Below are positions 39,013-48,124 of a stretch of DNA of 64,000 bases, piece after piece (the stretch's first letter is position 1; each line of letters starts with the position of its first letter). Origin of the DNA: an uncultured Nannocystaceae bacterium (GTDB lineage: Bacteria > Myxococcota_A > Bradymonadia > UBA7976 > UBA1532); the NCBI GenBank assembly GCA_964384025.1, contig CAYLJJ010000001.1:103601-167600 (forward strand). Reading direction: 5' to 3'. The position numbers and the translations under genes were made by a program. Under the pieces are notes generated by a model. The model saw nothing but the letters and a program-made list of their open reading frames with translations, was not told the origin of the DNA and ran no database searches.

Positions 39013-41544
39013 TTGCAACAAACAGTCCAAAAAAAGAGTGTTTTCCCATTGATAGAGCCTCGACCACTCAAATGCCCAGTTACAGGGTTGCTTATTCGGC
39101 GCGATCCTGCTTGGCAAGATATCCAGATCAATAAAGATTATTATGTCAGCTTTGAACTCATTGGAGAGTATATACTTCATACACAAATAAAGGGATTTTC
39201 TCCAAATCTAGATGTCGATCTTTTATATCAATACCGAGAAGTTGCGTTAATGGAATATTTAGGGGAGCCCTCTGATTTTATTGAGATAAAGAGATATGAC
39301 GACATCTATGGGCGTTCATCTAATGAGCAGATTAAGAAAAACATCTTTCATTTCATAAAAGACAACAATAGATGTCGTGGTTTTTTTGGATATGGTGCCA
39401 GATTATGGATTCGTAGTGTATTTAACCTGGCTTCTCGTCATTATAAAGTTAGATATCCTATCGAACAATATGGTTCTTACACTGAAGCGATTCAAGTTGC
39501 TCTGACAATTGAGAACAAACTCAGATTCGAAAAAGAATTTCGATCATTTATATTGCCTCATAAAACATATTTGGATGGAAATACTGGGTATGAGTTTTCT
39601 CAAATAAAAGACCATACTCTAATTATAAAACTAATCGGTTTTGTTAGTGATCCAAAGATCACTGAAGAGTTAATTCAGTTGCAGAGATCTGCTTACCAAG
39701 ACGGGCTTCTCAAGAAAGATAATAACTATCGGATTTTAGACTATTCTGAGTTTAGTGGAGCAACATGGAGTAGACGTTGGGCATATATAAATGGTCTCAA
39801 GAAATGTTATGAAGACTATGGCAAACCTAAAGCGATAGTATTTATTAGTACAAACAAATCTATGGAGTCATTTATCCGATCGATTGTTGCGTTTTTAGGC
39901 GCACCGTATTTCTTCGTTGAAAATTTTTCTGATGCGGTCAAAATTATCAGTGAACTTAAGTTTCATGGGTCTAAAAATGCCAAATCTGCACTTAAGCAGC
40001 TTACATATATTAGTCCACGTAGACTTTGGCGTCGTTGGTACAAGCTTCCTAAGCTTAGAGATCTTGAAGAGCTGTTTCTCAATTTAGGCCGAGTAGTTTG
40101 GGAACCTCAACCCTCCGAATTGCCTGATGTCAGCCCTGAACATCCCCTCGCTGATATATACTCTGCCCTACATCTTATCGTTCATGATGTAAAGCAGCTA
40201 TTGGATGAACGTCATAAACGCGAGAAAAAACTATCCCAAGTCCAAGATGAACTGATTCTCAGCAATCAGCGATTAGAAGAAGCTCTACAGCACTCAAAAG
40301 AGCTAACCCAAGAAGCTCAGGAAATGGCACATCAAGCCAAAGCCAGTAGCCAAGCAAAAAGCACATTTTTGGCCAATATGAGTCATGAAATACGCACTCC
40401 TATGAATGGAATCATCGGAATGTGTGCTTTGCTAAACGAATCGGAGCTAAATTCAAAACAACAAGAACAGCTAGGGATAATTCAACAAAGCTCTAAGCAC
40501 TTATTGAATTTAATCAACAGTATTCTGGATATTTCAAAACTTGAAGCGGGAAGGATGGAATTTGAACAACTTGATTTTCAACTTAAAGAGCAAATCAATG
40601 CACTTTTTAATACACTCTCTACCCAAGCAAAGAAGAAAGACATTCAGCTCCTGGCTGAGATCTCTCCTGATATTCCTAAGGCTTTGTTAGGAGATCAATC
40701 ACGTCTCCAACAGATCCTGCTCAATCTCTTGGGTAACGCGATCAAGTTCAGCCAAAATTGCTCGGTTCTGCTGCAAGTGGAGCTTCTCTCAGATCCTCAG
40801 AAAGAGGGGCCTATATCTCTACGCTTTGCGGTGAAAGATCAGGGTATCGGGCTCTCCCCAGAACAGCAGGAGCGCCTGTTCGAACCCTTCGTTCAAGCGG
40901 ACAGCTCCACTACCCGCCGTTATGGAGGGACCGGATTGGGCCTTTCTATCTGTCGCCACTTGGTGAAGCTATGGGGTGGCGAAATGGGAGTAAAGAGCAG
41001 CTTAGGAGAAGGCAGCGAGTTCTGGTTTGTGATCTCACTACAACAAGGCAAGGAGCAAGCGCGTACTCTTCCTGAGAGCAAGCAACTAAGCCAACTCAGA
41101 CAAGGGCCTCCCCTGCGGCTTCTCCTGGCTGAGGATAATCCTGTTAATCAGAGGGTTGCCCTGGGAATTTTGCGGCGCCTGGGCCATCAAGTCCAAGCTG
41201 TAAATGATGGCCTAGAAGCCCTGCAAGCCCTCAAAGAGGGCAGCTATGATCTGGTGCTCATGGACTGCCAGATGCCAAGGCTGGATGGCTATGAGGCCAC
41301 CAAGGCGATCCGCAGCGCTGGAGCCTCTTTAAGTGATCCACAGATCCCTGTGATCGCTATGACTGCCAACGCCATGACTGAGGATCGCCAGCGCTGCTTA
41401 GACGCAGGGATGAACGCCTATCTGAGCAAGCCAGTGAGGCCACAGTTGCTCGCTCAGGTTCTGGACCACTGGGGTAATAGAGCAGAGATCCAGAGGAGTG
41501 ACGGGGAACGACCGGATCCAGATATGGAGGGGTCGCCAAGTTGA
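39013..41544 (+). CDS. hybrid sensor histidine kinase / response regulator with a ~430-aa cytoplasmic N-terminal sensor region
   Basis: HisKA H-box [15 protein letters not shown]. HATPase N, G1 and G2 boxes ([27 protein letters not shown]). Receiver domain with [20 protein letters not shown] and a conserved Lys. No TM segments. Start codon is uncertain (TTG at 39013; no nearby ATG). Confidence 0.85.
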   Translation: MQQTVQKKSVFPLIEPRPLKCPVTGLLIRRDPAWQDIQINKDYYVSFELIGEYILHTQIKGFSPNLDVDLLYQYREVALMEYLGEPSDFIEIKRYDDIYGRSSNEQIKKNIFHFIKDNNRCRGFFGYGARLWIRSVFNLASRHYKVRYPIEQYGSYTEAIQVALTIENKLRFEKEFRSFILPHKTYLDGNTGYEFSQIKDHTLIIKLIGFVSDPKITEELIQLQRSAYQDGLLKKDNNYRILDYSEFSGATWSRRWAYINGLKKCYEDYGKPKAIVFISTNKSMESFIRSIVAFLGAPYFFVENFSDAVKIISELKFHGSKNAKSALKQLTYISPRRLWRRWYKLPKLRDLEELFLNLGRVVWEPQPSELPDVSPEHPLADIYSALHLIVHDVKQLLDERHKREKKLSQVQDELILSNQRLEEALQHSKELTQEAQEMAHQAKASSQAKSTFLANMSHEIRTPMNGIIGMCALLNESELNSKQQEQLGIIQQSSKHLLNLINSILDISKLEAGRMEFEQLDFQLKEQINALFNTLSTQAKKKDIQLLAEISPDIPKALLGDQSRLQQILLNLLGNAIKFSQNCSVLLQVELLSDPQKEGPISLRFAVKDQGIGLSPEQQERLFEPFVQADSSTTRRYGGTGLGLSICRHLVKLWGGEMGVKSSLGEGSEFWFVISLQQGKEQARTLPESKQLSQLRQGPPLRLLLAEDNPVNQRVALGILRRLGHQVQAVNDGLEALQALKEGSYDLVLMDCQMPRLDGYEATKAIRSAGASLSDPQIPVIAMTANAMTEDRQRCLDAGMNAYLSKPVRPQLLAQVLDHWGNRAEIQRSDGERPDPDMEGSPS

Positions 41545-41625
41545 ATTTTATATACTCAGAAGCGCAGTTGATTGAATCCAGAGAGGGCAGAGTTTAGCAT
41601 CGGTGATCTTCGCTTCAGAGGGGAT

Positions 41626-42921
41626 ATGAGCGACAAACTACGTTTTGGAGAGATCCTGACTCGAGCGGGGGTCTTAGAGAGAACAGATCTGGAGAGCATC
41701 CTGTCTCTGATCGGAGACAGCGCGGTTGATCTGGGAGAGGTCTTGGTGAGCCGAGGTTTTTTAGATGAAGCCACGATGCTCAAGACCATCAGCAAAGCGC
41801 TCAATCTACCAAGCATAAGCCTAAAACATATCCAGCCAGATAAACGTGGTTTGGAGCTGATCCCCAGAGAGTTTTGTGCAGATCACTTCCTCCTGCCAGT
41901 GGAGGTAGAGCGTAGCCGCACTGGAGAGCATCTCCATGTGGCCATGGCCAACCCCTCTGATGTACGTGCCATCAAGCGCGTCACTCGAAAGGCCCGCCTT
42001 AGAATTCGTCCCCTGGTGGCCTCAGCTCGGGAGATTCGCGAGGCGATCCAACGCTGGTACGGTGGAGAGCTGGTTGAGGACTCCTCTCTGATCTTAGAGG
42101 AGAGCCTTAACTCCAGTATGGGAGGAGAAAACTCCAGTGAGAACCTCTTTGACTTTGGCCTCGGTGACCTTTCTCAATCCCTTCCAACAAAACAAGCCTC
42201 AACCCCTCCAAGAGCAAACTCTTCAAAGAGGAGAGGTGAAGAGGGGAGAATAACGCCCCCTGATCTGCCCAAGCAACGTAAGGCAGATCTGCTCAACGCT
42301 CTTGACTTAGAACCGGGATCCCAAACCTCCGAGGTCCAAGAGCGAGAGGAGCAAGGGTTTGGAACATTACCGAGGAGAGGCTCAAGACACCGTCCGCCTT
42401 CAGAGCGTCCTCCCTTTCGGAATTCAGAGCGTCCTCGCTCAGAGCGTCTGCCTCCTCTTCCGCGCCAGACCTCTCGAGAGCTTCCACCTCTCCCACCCAG
42501 TCTGCGAAGCGGCAATCAGAGGAAAGCCCCACGCAGCTCCTCAATTCCTCCTCAGAACATCAAACATAGCCGCGGCTCCTCAGCTCCTCCTCAGGGTGCT
42601 CAGGGTATCAAATACCACCAAAATTCAGCGCCGACCCTCGTTGAGGAGCGGGGCAGCGTTGAGGAACTCAAGGGGGTTTTGGATCGCTATGTCGCTGAGA
42701 TCAATGAGGAGAGCAGTGGAGATGGGCTGATCTCTCAGGAGTTGAAGCGTTACGGTCTTAAGAGATCATCTCCCGAGTCTGAGCTTTTCGCAGCTTTAGA
42801 GAACACCTTGAGTCGTGCTCAGGGTCCCAACGCTCAGCTTCTCCTCGCGCTGATCCGGCAACTGGCGCGCAGAGGCCTTTTGGATCTTCAGGAGCTGCTC
42901 TCGGATCTGCCCCCTCAGTGA
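41626..42921 (+). CDS. stand-alone MshEN / T2SSE_N domain protein (predicted c-di-GMP receptor) with a long Ser/Pro/Arg-rich disordered tail
   Basis: Tandem MshEN motifs RFGEILTRAGVLERTDLESILSLI, GDSAV, DLGEVLVSRGFLDEATMLKTISKA, then the rest of the GspE N-terminal fold. No ATPase domain. Start at ATG 41626 with GAGGGG upstream; the track begins at an upstream TTG. Confidence 0.7.
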   Translation: MSDKLRFGEILTRAGVLERTDLESILSLIGDSAVDLGEVLVSRGFLDEATMLKTISKALNLPSISLKHIQPDKRGLELIPREFCADHFLLPVEVERSRTGEHLHVAMANPSDVRAIKRVTRKARLRIRPLVASAREIREAIQRWYGGELVEDSSLILEESLNSSMGGENSSENLFDFGLGDLSQSLPTKQASTPPRANSSKRRGEEGRITPPDLPKQRKADLLNALDLEPGSQTSEVQEREEQGFGTLPRRGSRHRPPSERPPFRNSERPRSERLPPLPRQTSRELPPLPPSLRSGNQRKAPRSSSIPPQNIKHSRGSSAPPQGAQGIKYHQNSAPTLVEERGSVEELKGVLDRYVAEINEESSGDGLISQELKRYGLKRSSPESELFAALENTLSRAQGPNAQLLLALIRQLARRGLLDLQELLSDLPPQ

Positions 42922-43886
42922 AGCCTCCCCTCCTCTCTGTTGAAAAGCTCTCTCTGACGCTGGTCGGAGAGGAGAGAGGCCCCCTCTTGCTGCGCGATCT
43001 CAATTTCTCTTTAGAGCTTGGTGAAGCCCTGGCCTTGGTGGGCGAGAGTGGCTGCGGTAAGAGCTTAAGCGCCAAGGCCCTGCTTGACCTGTTACCTCCC
43101 ACCATCCAACGCCGCTCTGGGCATGTCCTGCTGGAGGGGGAGCCTCTTTTTGAAGTGAGCCCTGCTCGCCTCAGAAGCTTACGAGGAACACAGTTGGGCT
43201 TTGTCTCTCAGGATCCTCTCAGCGCCCTCAATCCGCTCTTCTCTGTTGGAGAGCAGATTGCTGAGCGCCTACGACACCACGGGGGCTTAAAAGCTCGGGC
43301 CGCTTGGGCTCGCGGGGTGGAGTTGATGGAGCAGGTGGGGATCTCCGCTCCCCAAGAACGAGCCCGAGCCTACCCCCATCAACTCTCAGGGGGGATGCGA
43401 CAGCGAGCGCTCATGGCCATCGCGCTTGCCTGTGATCCTCTCCTTCTCATCGCCGATGAGCCAACGACGGCTCTGGATGTCAGCGTCCAAGCCCAACTCA
43501 TGGAGCTGCTTAAAGAGGAGCGCAGGCGACGGGGTATGGCGCTGCTGCTGATCACCCATGATCTGGGCTTGGTCGCTCAATATGTTGATCGGGTCTTGGT
43601 GATGTACGCTGGAGAGGTGGTTGAAGCAGCTCCAGTTGAGGCCCTCTTCAGTGAGCCCCGACATCCCTACACCTGGGGTCTCCTCCAAGCGATCCCCAGG
43701 GAGGGCGGAGAACTTCACCCTATTCCGGGTCAAGTCCCCAACCCCAAAGATTATCCAGAGGGATGCCGCTTTGCTCCTCGCTGTAAACGTAGAGTTCCAG
43801 GATGTGCGCAGCCCCAGATCCTCGGAGAGGATCGCCATGCTCATCGCTGCCTGAGGCCCCTAAGCCCAGAGAGAGAGAGCCGCTGA
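42918..43886 (+). CDS. ABC transporter ATP-binding protein, Opp/Dpp D-type, with oligopeptide C-terminal extension
   Basis: Walker A GESGCGKS, signature LSGGMRQR, Walker B LLIADEPTTALD, C-terminal SEPRHPYTWGLLQAIP. 4-nt overlap with the MshEN gene. Confidence 0.85.
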   Translation: MKPPLLSVEKLSLTLVGEERGPLLLRDLNFSLELGEALALVGESGCGKSLSAKALLDLLPPTIQRRSGHVLLEGEPLFEVSPARLRSLRGTQLGFVSQDPLSALNPLFSVGEQIAERLRHHGGLKARAAWARGVELMEQVGISAPQERARAYPHQLSGGMRQRALMAIALACDPLLLIADEPTTALDVSVQAQLMELLKEERRRRGMALLLITHDLGLVAQYVDRVLVMYAGEVVEAAPVEALFSEPRHPYTWGLLQAIPREGGELHPIPGQVPNPKDYPEGCRFAPRCKRRVPGCAQPQILGEDRHAHRCLRPLSPERESR

Positions 43887-44821
43887 TGCTCCTCCAAGCG
43901 CTGAATCTTCAGGTCCACTACCCAGGCTCCAGAGGGAAGATTTTGCGGGCTGTCAACGGCGTCGATCTTGAGATTCGCTCTGGAGAGACTCTGAGCTTGG
44001 TGGGAGAGAGCGGCTGTGGCAAGTCCAGCTTGGGTCGCGCGCTCCTTAGGCTAGAGCCCCTGGCTGGAGGCCGCCTGATCGCCTTTGGAGAGGAGATCAG
44101 TCACCGCCCTGAGCGCCAACTCAAGGAGCTACGCAAGCGCAGCGCTTTGATTTTTCAAGATCCCTACGCCAGTTTAAACCCAAGGATGAGCCTCAACGCT
44201 GCCCTGTTAGAACCTCTTCAGATCCACCGTTGGGGAACGCGCAACCAACGTCGAGCCCGGGTAAAGCATCTCCTTGAGCGCGTGGGCCTCTCCCCTGAAC
44301 AGGGAGATCGTCGCCCTCATAGCTTCAGCGGTGGGCAGCTTCAACGCGCTTGTATCGCTCGAGCCCTGGCGCTGAACCCGGAGCTGTTGGTCGCCGACGA
44401 GGCTCTAAGTGCCCTGGATGTCAGCGTCCAAGCGGGGATCCTCAAGCTGCTTAAGGCTCTTCAGGAGGAGCGGAATCTCGCCTATCTCTTTATCGCCCAT
44501 GATCTCACGGTGGTTCGCCATATCAGCCACCGCGTTGCAGTGATGTATCTGGGGCGCATCGTAGAGGAGGCGCCTTGCGCGCAGCTCTTTTCAGATCCTC
44601 GACATCCCTACACTCAGGCCCTCTTGGCGGCGGTCCCACGCCCAGATCCTCAACACAGCTCAAAGCCTTTAACTCTGGTGGGTGAAGCACCCAGCCCCTT
44701 GGATCTTCCTCCCGGTTGCTCCTTTGCTCCTCGCTGTCCCAGAGCCTTGCCACGCTGCCGAGAAGGTTGCCCCTCTCTAAAGGCGGATGGGAGCCACAAA
44801 ACAGCCTGTTATCTCTGTTGA
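43886..44821 (+). CDS. ABC transporter ATP-binding protein, Opp/Dpp F-type
   Basis: Walker A GESGCGKSS, signature FSGGQLQR, Walker B LLVADEALSALD, C-terminal SDPRHPYTQALLAAVP. Start at ATG 43886 shares 1 nt with the upstream TGA; the track start at 43802 would overlap 85 nt. Confidence 0.85.
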   Translation: MLLQALNLQVHYPGSRGKILRAVNGVDLEIRSGETLSLVGESGCGKSSLGRALLRLEPLAGGRLIAFGEEISHRPERQLKELRKRSALIFQDPYASLNPRMSLNAALLEPLQIHRWGTRNQRRARVKHLLERVGLSPEQGDRRPHSFSGGQLQRACIARALALNPELLVADEALSALDVSVQAGILKLLKALQEERNLAYLFIAHDLTVVRHISHRVAVMYLGRIVEEAPCAQLFSDPRHPYTQALLAAVPRPDPQHSSKPLTLVGEAPSPLDLPPGCSFAPRCPRALPRCREGCPSLKADGSHKTACYLC

Positions 44822-44905
44822 GTGAAGCTTGATGATCAGCCAAACTGCGGTTCTCAGGTCTTCAGATCTTTTTGAGGCCGATGACGTAGCAGGAGCGCGA
44901 AATCG

Positions 44906-45568
44906 ATGCTCAGCATGATCCTCATGGCCTCCCGGCGGCTTTTTCGTGGGGAGAACAGCGACGAGGAGTTAATGGAGAGGTTCCGAGACGGTGACACAAT
45001 GGCTTTTGAGATCCTGCTCAGTCGTCATGAGAGGGCCATCTTTAATTTCATCTACCGCATGATCAGAGATCGAGAGAAGGCTCAGGACCTCCTCCAAGAG
45101 ACCTTCCTCAGAGTGATCAAAAACAAACAACGCTATATCCCCAAGGCCCGCTTTACTACTTGGCTCTACACCATCGCTCGCAATCAGTGCATCGACGCCT
45201 TCCGCAAAGCGAAGCACAGAAGGCACGCCAGCCTGGACCAGCCCTATCGGGGAGAACCAGGAGGCCGTTCATTGATGGATAAGCTCCCCGGAAAAAGTGA
45301 GGATGCTCTCCAACGTAAAGAGGCTCAGGAGATCACTTTGCGCATCGAAGAGGCGCTCACTCATCTCAGCTCCGAGCAGCGTGAGGTCTTTGTGATGCGG
45401 CAGTTTCGCAACCTGCGCTTCAGGGAGATCGCTGAGATCGTGGGGGTCTCTGAGAACACCATCAAGAGCCGGATGCGCTATGCTCTAGAGCACCTTCGCC
45501 TTCAACTTGCTGATTATGCAGCAGAGCTGCCCAAGTCTCAGGTGATCCCCAAGAGGAGCCCAGCCTGA
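44906..45568 (+). CDS. ECF (sigma-70 group 4) RNA polymerase sigma factor
   Basis: Region 2 DLLQETFLRVIKNKQRY..TWLYTIARNQCIDAFRK. Region 4 FVMRQFRNLRFREIAEIVGVSENTIKSRMRYALEHLR. Confidence 0.85.
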   Translation: MLSMILMASRRLFRGENSDEELMERFRDGDTMAFEILLSRHERAIFNFIYRMIRDREKAQDLLQETFLRVIKNKQRYIPKARFTTWLYTIARNQCIDAFRKAKHRRHASLDQPYRGEPGGRSLMDKLPGKSEDALQRKEAQEITLRIEEALTHLSSEQREVFVMRQFRNLRFREIAEIVGVSENTIKSRMRYALEHLRLQLADYAAELPKSQVIPKRSPA

Positions 45569-46821
45569 TGAACTCTTCAATCGATGACAACCGCTTGTTG
45601 GAGCTGCTGTATGGAGAGTTGGAGGGGGAGGAGTTGCAGCATGTTGAAGCTTCTCTCAGTTCAGAGGAGCGTGATCTCCTCCAGAGCTGGGAGCAGATCA
45701 GAGAGGCCTGTATGTTGCTCCCTGAGTTGGAGCCAGATCTTCAGGCCCACTACAGCCTTCTCCGCGCCTCTCGCGCCTCTCCAAAGCCGCGCTTCTCGTT
45801 CTTTTTTTCGTTTTCGCTCAAGCATCTCTCTTTGATCCCTGGCGCAGCGACCTTGGGGCTGCTCATCTTAGCCCTTGGGACCTTCTATCTCCTCAATCAA
45901 GAGGAGAGCGGCAGAGGTGAGCTAAGCTTAGATCATTTTACCGCTCAAAAGCCGCCTCTTCCCCTGCCCACTGAGCCGCCAAAGCTTGCTCTAAAGAGGA
46001 GCCCGAAGGGCTCTGTAAAGAGCGCAGAGTTTAAAGAGAAGTCCCCAGCAAAGCAGATCCCTGAGGCGCCGTTGGAGAGAGTTGATAAGCCTGCGCTTAA
46101 AGCTGAAGCCAGAGAGAAGGAGAACCTCTCGGAAGCCAAAGAGTCAGCCAAGGTGCTCTCTATCGAGATAGAGACCCCCGCTTTAGAGAAGAAGCTCGAA
46201 AGAGCCAGAGAGCCTCGAAAAGCTGGCAAACGGAGACGCGCCAGAAGATCCCCGAGCACCAAGGCAAAGTTCCCAAAGACGCGGCCACAAAAAGCCAGAC
46301 CAAAGCAAGCCCTTCCAGTGAGGGCTCCTGAGCCCTCGCCAAAATTTGAACTTCAGCCCCCTATTCCACCCCCTTCTCCTCCAGAACCTCCTATATTGGA
46401 CTCCCTCCCAGAGTCATCCAGAGTTCGTTTTGCGCTCCCTCCCCCTCCCTCTATAGATGATGGGCTTTCAGGCAAAACCTCCGATTCAGCTCCTCAAGTT
46501 GAAGAGGTACTTCCCCCTCGAAACCTCGATGAAATCGGACCTCAAGCTGTCTCGATCGAGAGCCCCAACTCCTCAAAGCTGCTGCGGCAGGCACAAAGAG
46601 AGCGCTCTCGGGGGGATCATCACTCTGCGGTAAAGAGCTACGAGGCCTTTCTCTCTAGATATCACGAGCACCCAGCTCTCCAGAGGGTCCTTTTTGAGAC
46701 CGCTGAGAGCTATGAAGCTTTAGAGCAGCGGGAGCGAGCCCGACAGCTTTATCGTTTGGTTCAGGAAGCGGGGGGGGTGTTAGGAGATAAGGCCAAGGAG
46801 CGCTTAGAAGCCCTACAATAA
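45568..46821 (+). CDS. anti-sigma factor (single-pass membrane protein with a periplasmic Lys/Pro-rich region and a TPR-like C-terminus)
   Basis: 1-nt ATGA overlap with the sigma gene. N-terminal anti-sigma-like LLELLYGELEGEEL. TM helix GAATLGLLILALGTFYLL. C-terminal TPR-like SYEAFLSRYHEHPALQR. Confidence 0.65.
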   Translation: MNSSIDDNRLLELLYGELEGEELQHVEASLSSEERDLLQSWEQIREACMLLPELEPDLQAHYSLLRASRASPKPRFSFFFSFSLKHLSLIPGAATLGLLILALGTFYLLNQEESGRGELSLDHFTAQKPPLPLPTEPPKLALKRSPKGSVKSAEFKEKSPAKQIPEAPLERVDKPALKAEAREKENLSEAKESAKVLSIEIETPALEKKLERAREPRKAGKRRRARRSPSTKAKFPKTRPQKARPKQALPVRAPEPSPKFELQPPIPPPSPPEPPILDSLPESSRVRFALPPPPSIDDGLSGKTSDSAPQVEEVLPPRNLDEIGPQAVSIESPNSSKLLRQAQRERSRGDHHSAVKSYEAFLSRYHEHPALQRVLFETAESYEALEQRERARQLYRLVQEAGGVLGDKAKERLEALQ

Positions 46822-46828
46822 GCACAAC

Positions 46829-47551
46829 TCAGCGATCTTCAGGGAGGCTCTCCAAGAGCGCTCGGTATTTGATAGTTTTACGACCTGGGTTGGGAAAAGA
46901 GGTCTCTTTTAAGATCTCCAAAACACAGGAAAAGAGACCCTCTGGAGGGGGCTGCTTGGATTGAAAACCGGCTGAGAGGAGGCGCCCTGGCCGGGCGATA
47001 TAGGCGACCATGTGAAAAGGGGCTCGAAACTTATAACTCTGGCGACAGCCTTCTATCTCTCGTCGTTTGCTCCTGAGGGCTCGATAGCCCCAACTCTCTT
47101 CGACTTGTTGAGAGAGCCGAGTTCCTGCCAAGTTTCGATGGATTGGGTAGAGGAAGAGAGCTGCTGCTTGGCCGCTGGGTTTGGGAAACTCCAAGAAGCG
47201 CCCCGCTTGAACTAAGCACTCCTCAATAGCCAAGCTCCCCATGCTGGAGCGTTCTACATGGACCCGCTCCACCTGCCCCTCGACGTTCACCAAAAAACGC
47301 AGATGGCTGACGCCGCTGATATAGGCTGCTCCCGCCCTGAGACAGTTATCAAAGCCTGCACGGTGAGCCTCCATTACCACCTCGACTTGCTCCTGGGAGA
47401 GCTGCCCATAGCTGCTCTTCAGATCCTCCTCTCTTTGAATCTCCCTTAAGCGACTGTCTGGAGGGGGGCGATGCCCCGAGCCGGTAAAATCATCTGAGGG
47501 GAGGGGCCCACAGGCGAGAAGCAGAAGGGCGGTGAGCAAGCTGTATTTCAT
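46829..47551 (-). CDS. hypothetical lipoprotein
   Basis: Lipobox LLLLACGP. Likely the last gene of the long minus-strand operon. Confidence 0.5.
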   Translation of the reverse strand: MKYSLLTALLLLACGPLPSDDFTGSGHRPPPDSRLREIQREEDLKSSYGQLSQEQVEVVMEAHRAGFDNCLRAGAAYISGVSHLRFLVNVEGQVERVHVERSSMGSLAIEECLVQAGRFLEFPKPSGQAAALFLYPIHRNLAGTRLSQQVEESWGYRALRSKRREIEGCRQSYKFRAPFHMVAYIARPGRLLSAGFQSKQPPPEGLFSCVLEILKETSFPNPGRKTIKYRALLESLPEDR

Positions 47552-47593
47552 GGAGAGAGTCTAGCTCAGGCGAGAAGAGGTGACACTCTAAAC

Positions 47594-48124
47594 TCAAAGA
47601 TCCCAAATCCACTTGGAGCGCTGATAGGGCTTGGCTCTCTGGCGTTTCTTTTTACGACGCGCTGCCCGTTTGCGGGCCCTCTCCTTGGCTTTGCGCTTCT
47701 CCTCTTTTGGATCGATCTTGGGGGGAGGCTCTACTGTAGCTTGAACTCGATCTCCTAAGCTGATAGCGAGGGCCTCAGGGCTGCTCCTCTTCTTTCGAGA
47801 CTTTCTCCTGCGTTTTCTCTTTTTAAGACCATCATAGACGATCTCGGCGATGAGAAGCTTGCCTCGAATCTCCTTGATCTTAAGCTGGCCCACGTTGACT
47901 CGATACTGGCTCTCAGCCTCGCCGGGGATGTTTCGCTCTCGCAGCACAGTGAAGCGCCCTCCCAAGAGCAACTTCATCTGCTCCTCGGGTCCCTTTAGGC
48001 GCTTTAAAAAGACCTGTCGAGTTGCGGTCACAAAGCGGCCTTTAAGCTCTACAGGTCGGTGGATGTTGATCACCTCCAGCTCAAAACTGATCAGGCTGAG
48101 GAGGAGAGAGAACAGAGGGCTCAT
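47594..48124 (-). CDS. hypothetical protein with a highly basic Lys/Arg-rich C-terminal tail
   Basis: 4-nt overlap with the cyaA stop. N-terminal hydrophobic segment. C-terminus KKRKRRRKSRKKR...KRKAKERARKRAARRKKKRQRAK. Confidence 0.45.
   Translation of the reverse strand: MSPLFSLLLSLISFELEVINIHRPVELKGRFVTATRQVFLKRLKGPEEQMKLLLGGRFTVLRERNIPGEAESQYRVNVGQLKIKEIRGKLLIAEIVYDGLKKRKRRRKSRKKRSSPEALAISLGDRVQATVEPPPKIDPKEEKRKAKERARKRAARRKKKRQRAKPYQRSKWIWDL

Noticed and set aside
38990-40700. AT-rich block as an inserted mobile element or prophage remnant
   Set aside because: There are no flanking direct or inverted repeats and no integrase or transposase ORF. The block is in-frame coding sequence continuous with the kinase catalytic domain, so it is reported as an intragenic compositional chimera instead.
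40758-41539. ORFs 40758-41075 + and 41357-41539 -
   Set aside because: They overlap the histidine kinase CA and receiver coding region, in the wrong frame or strand.
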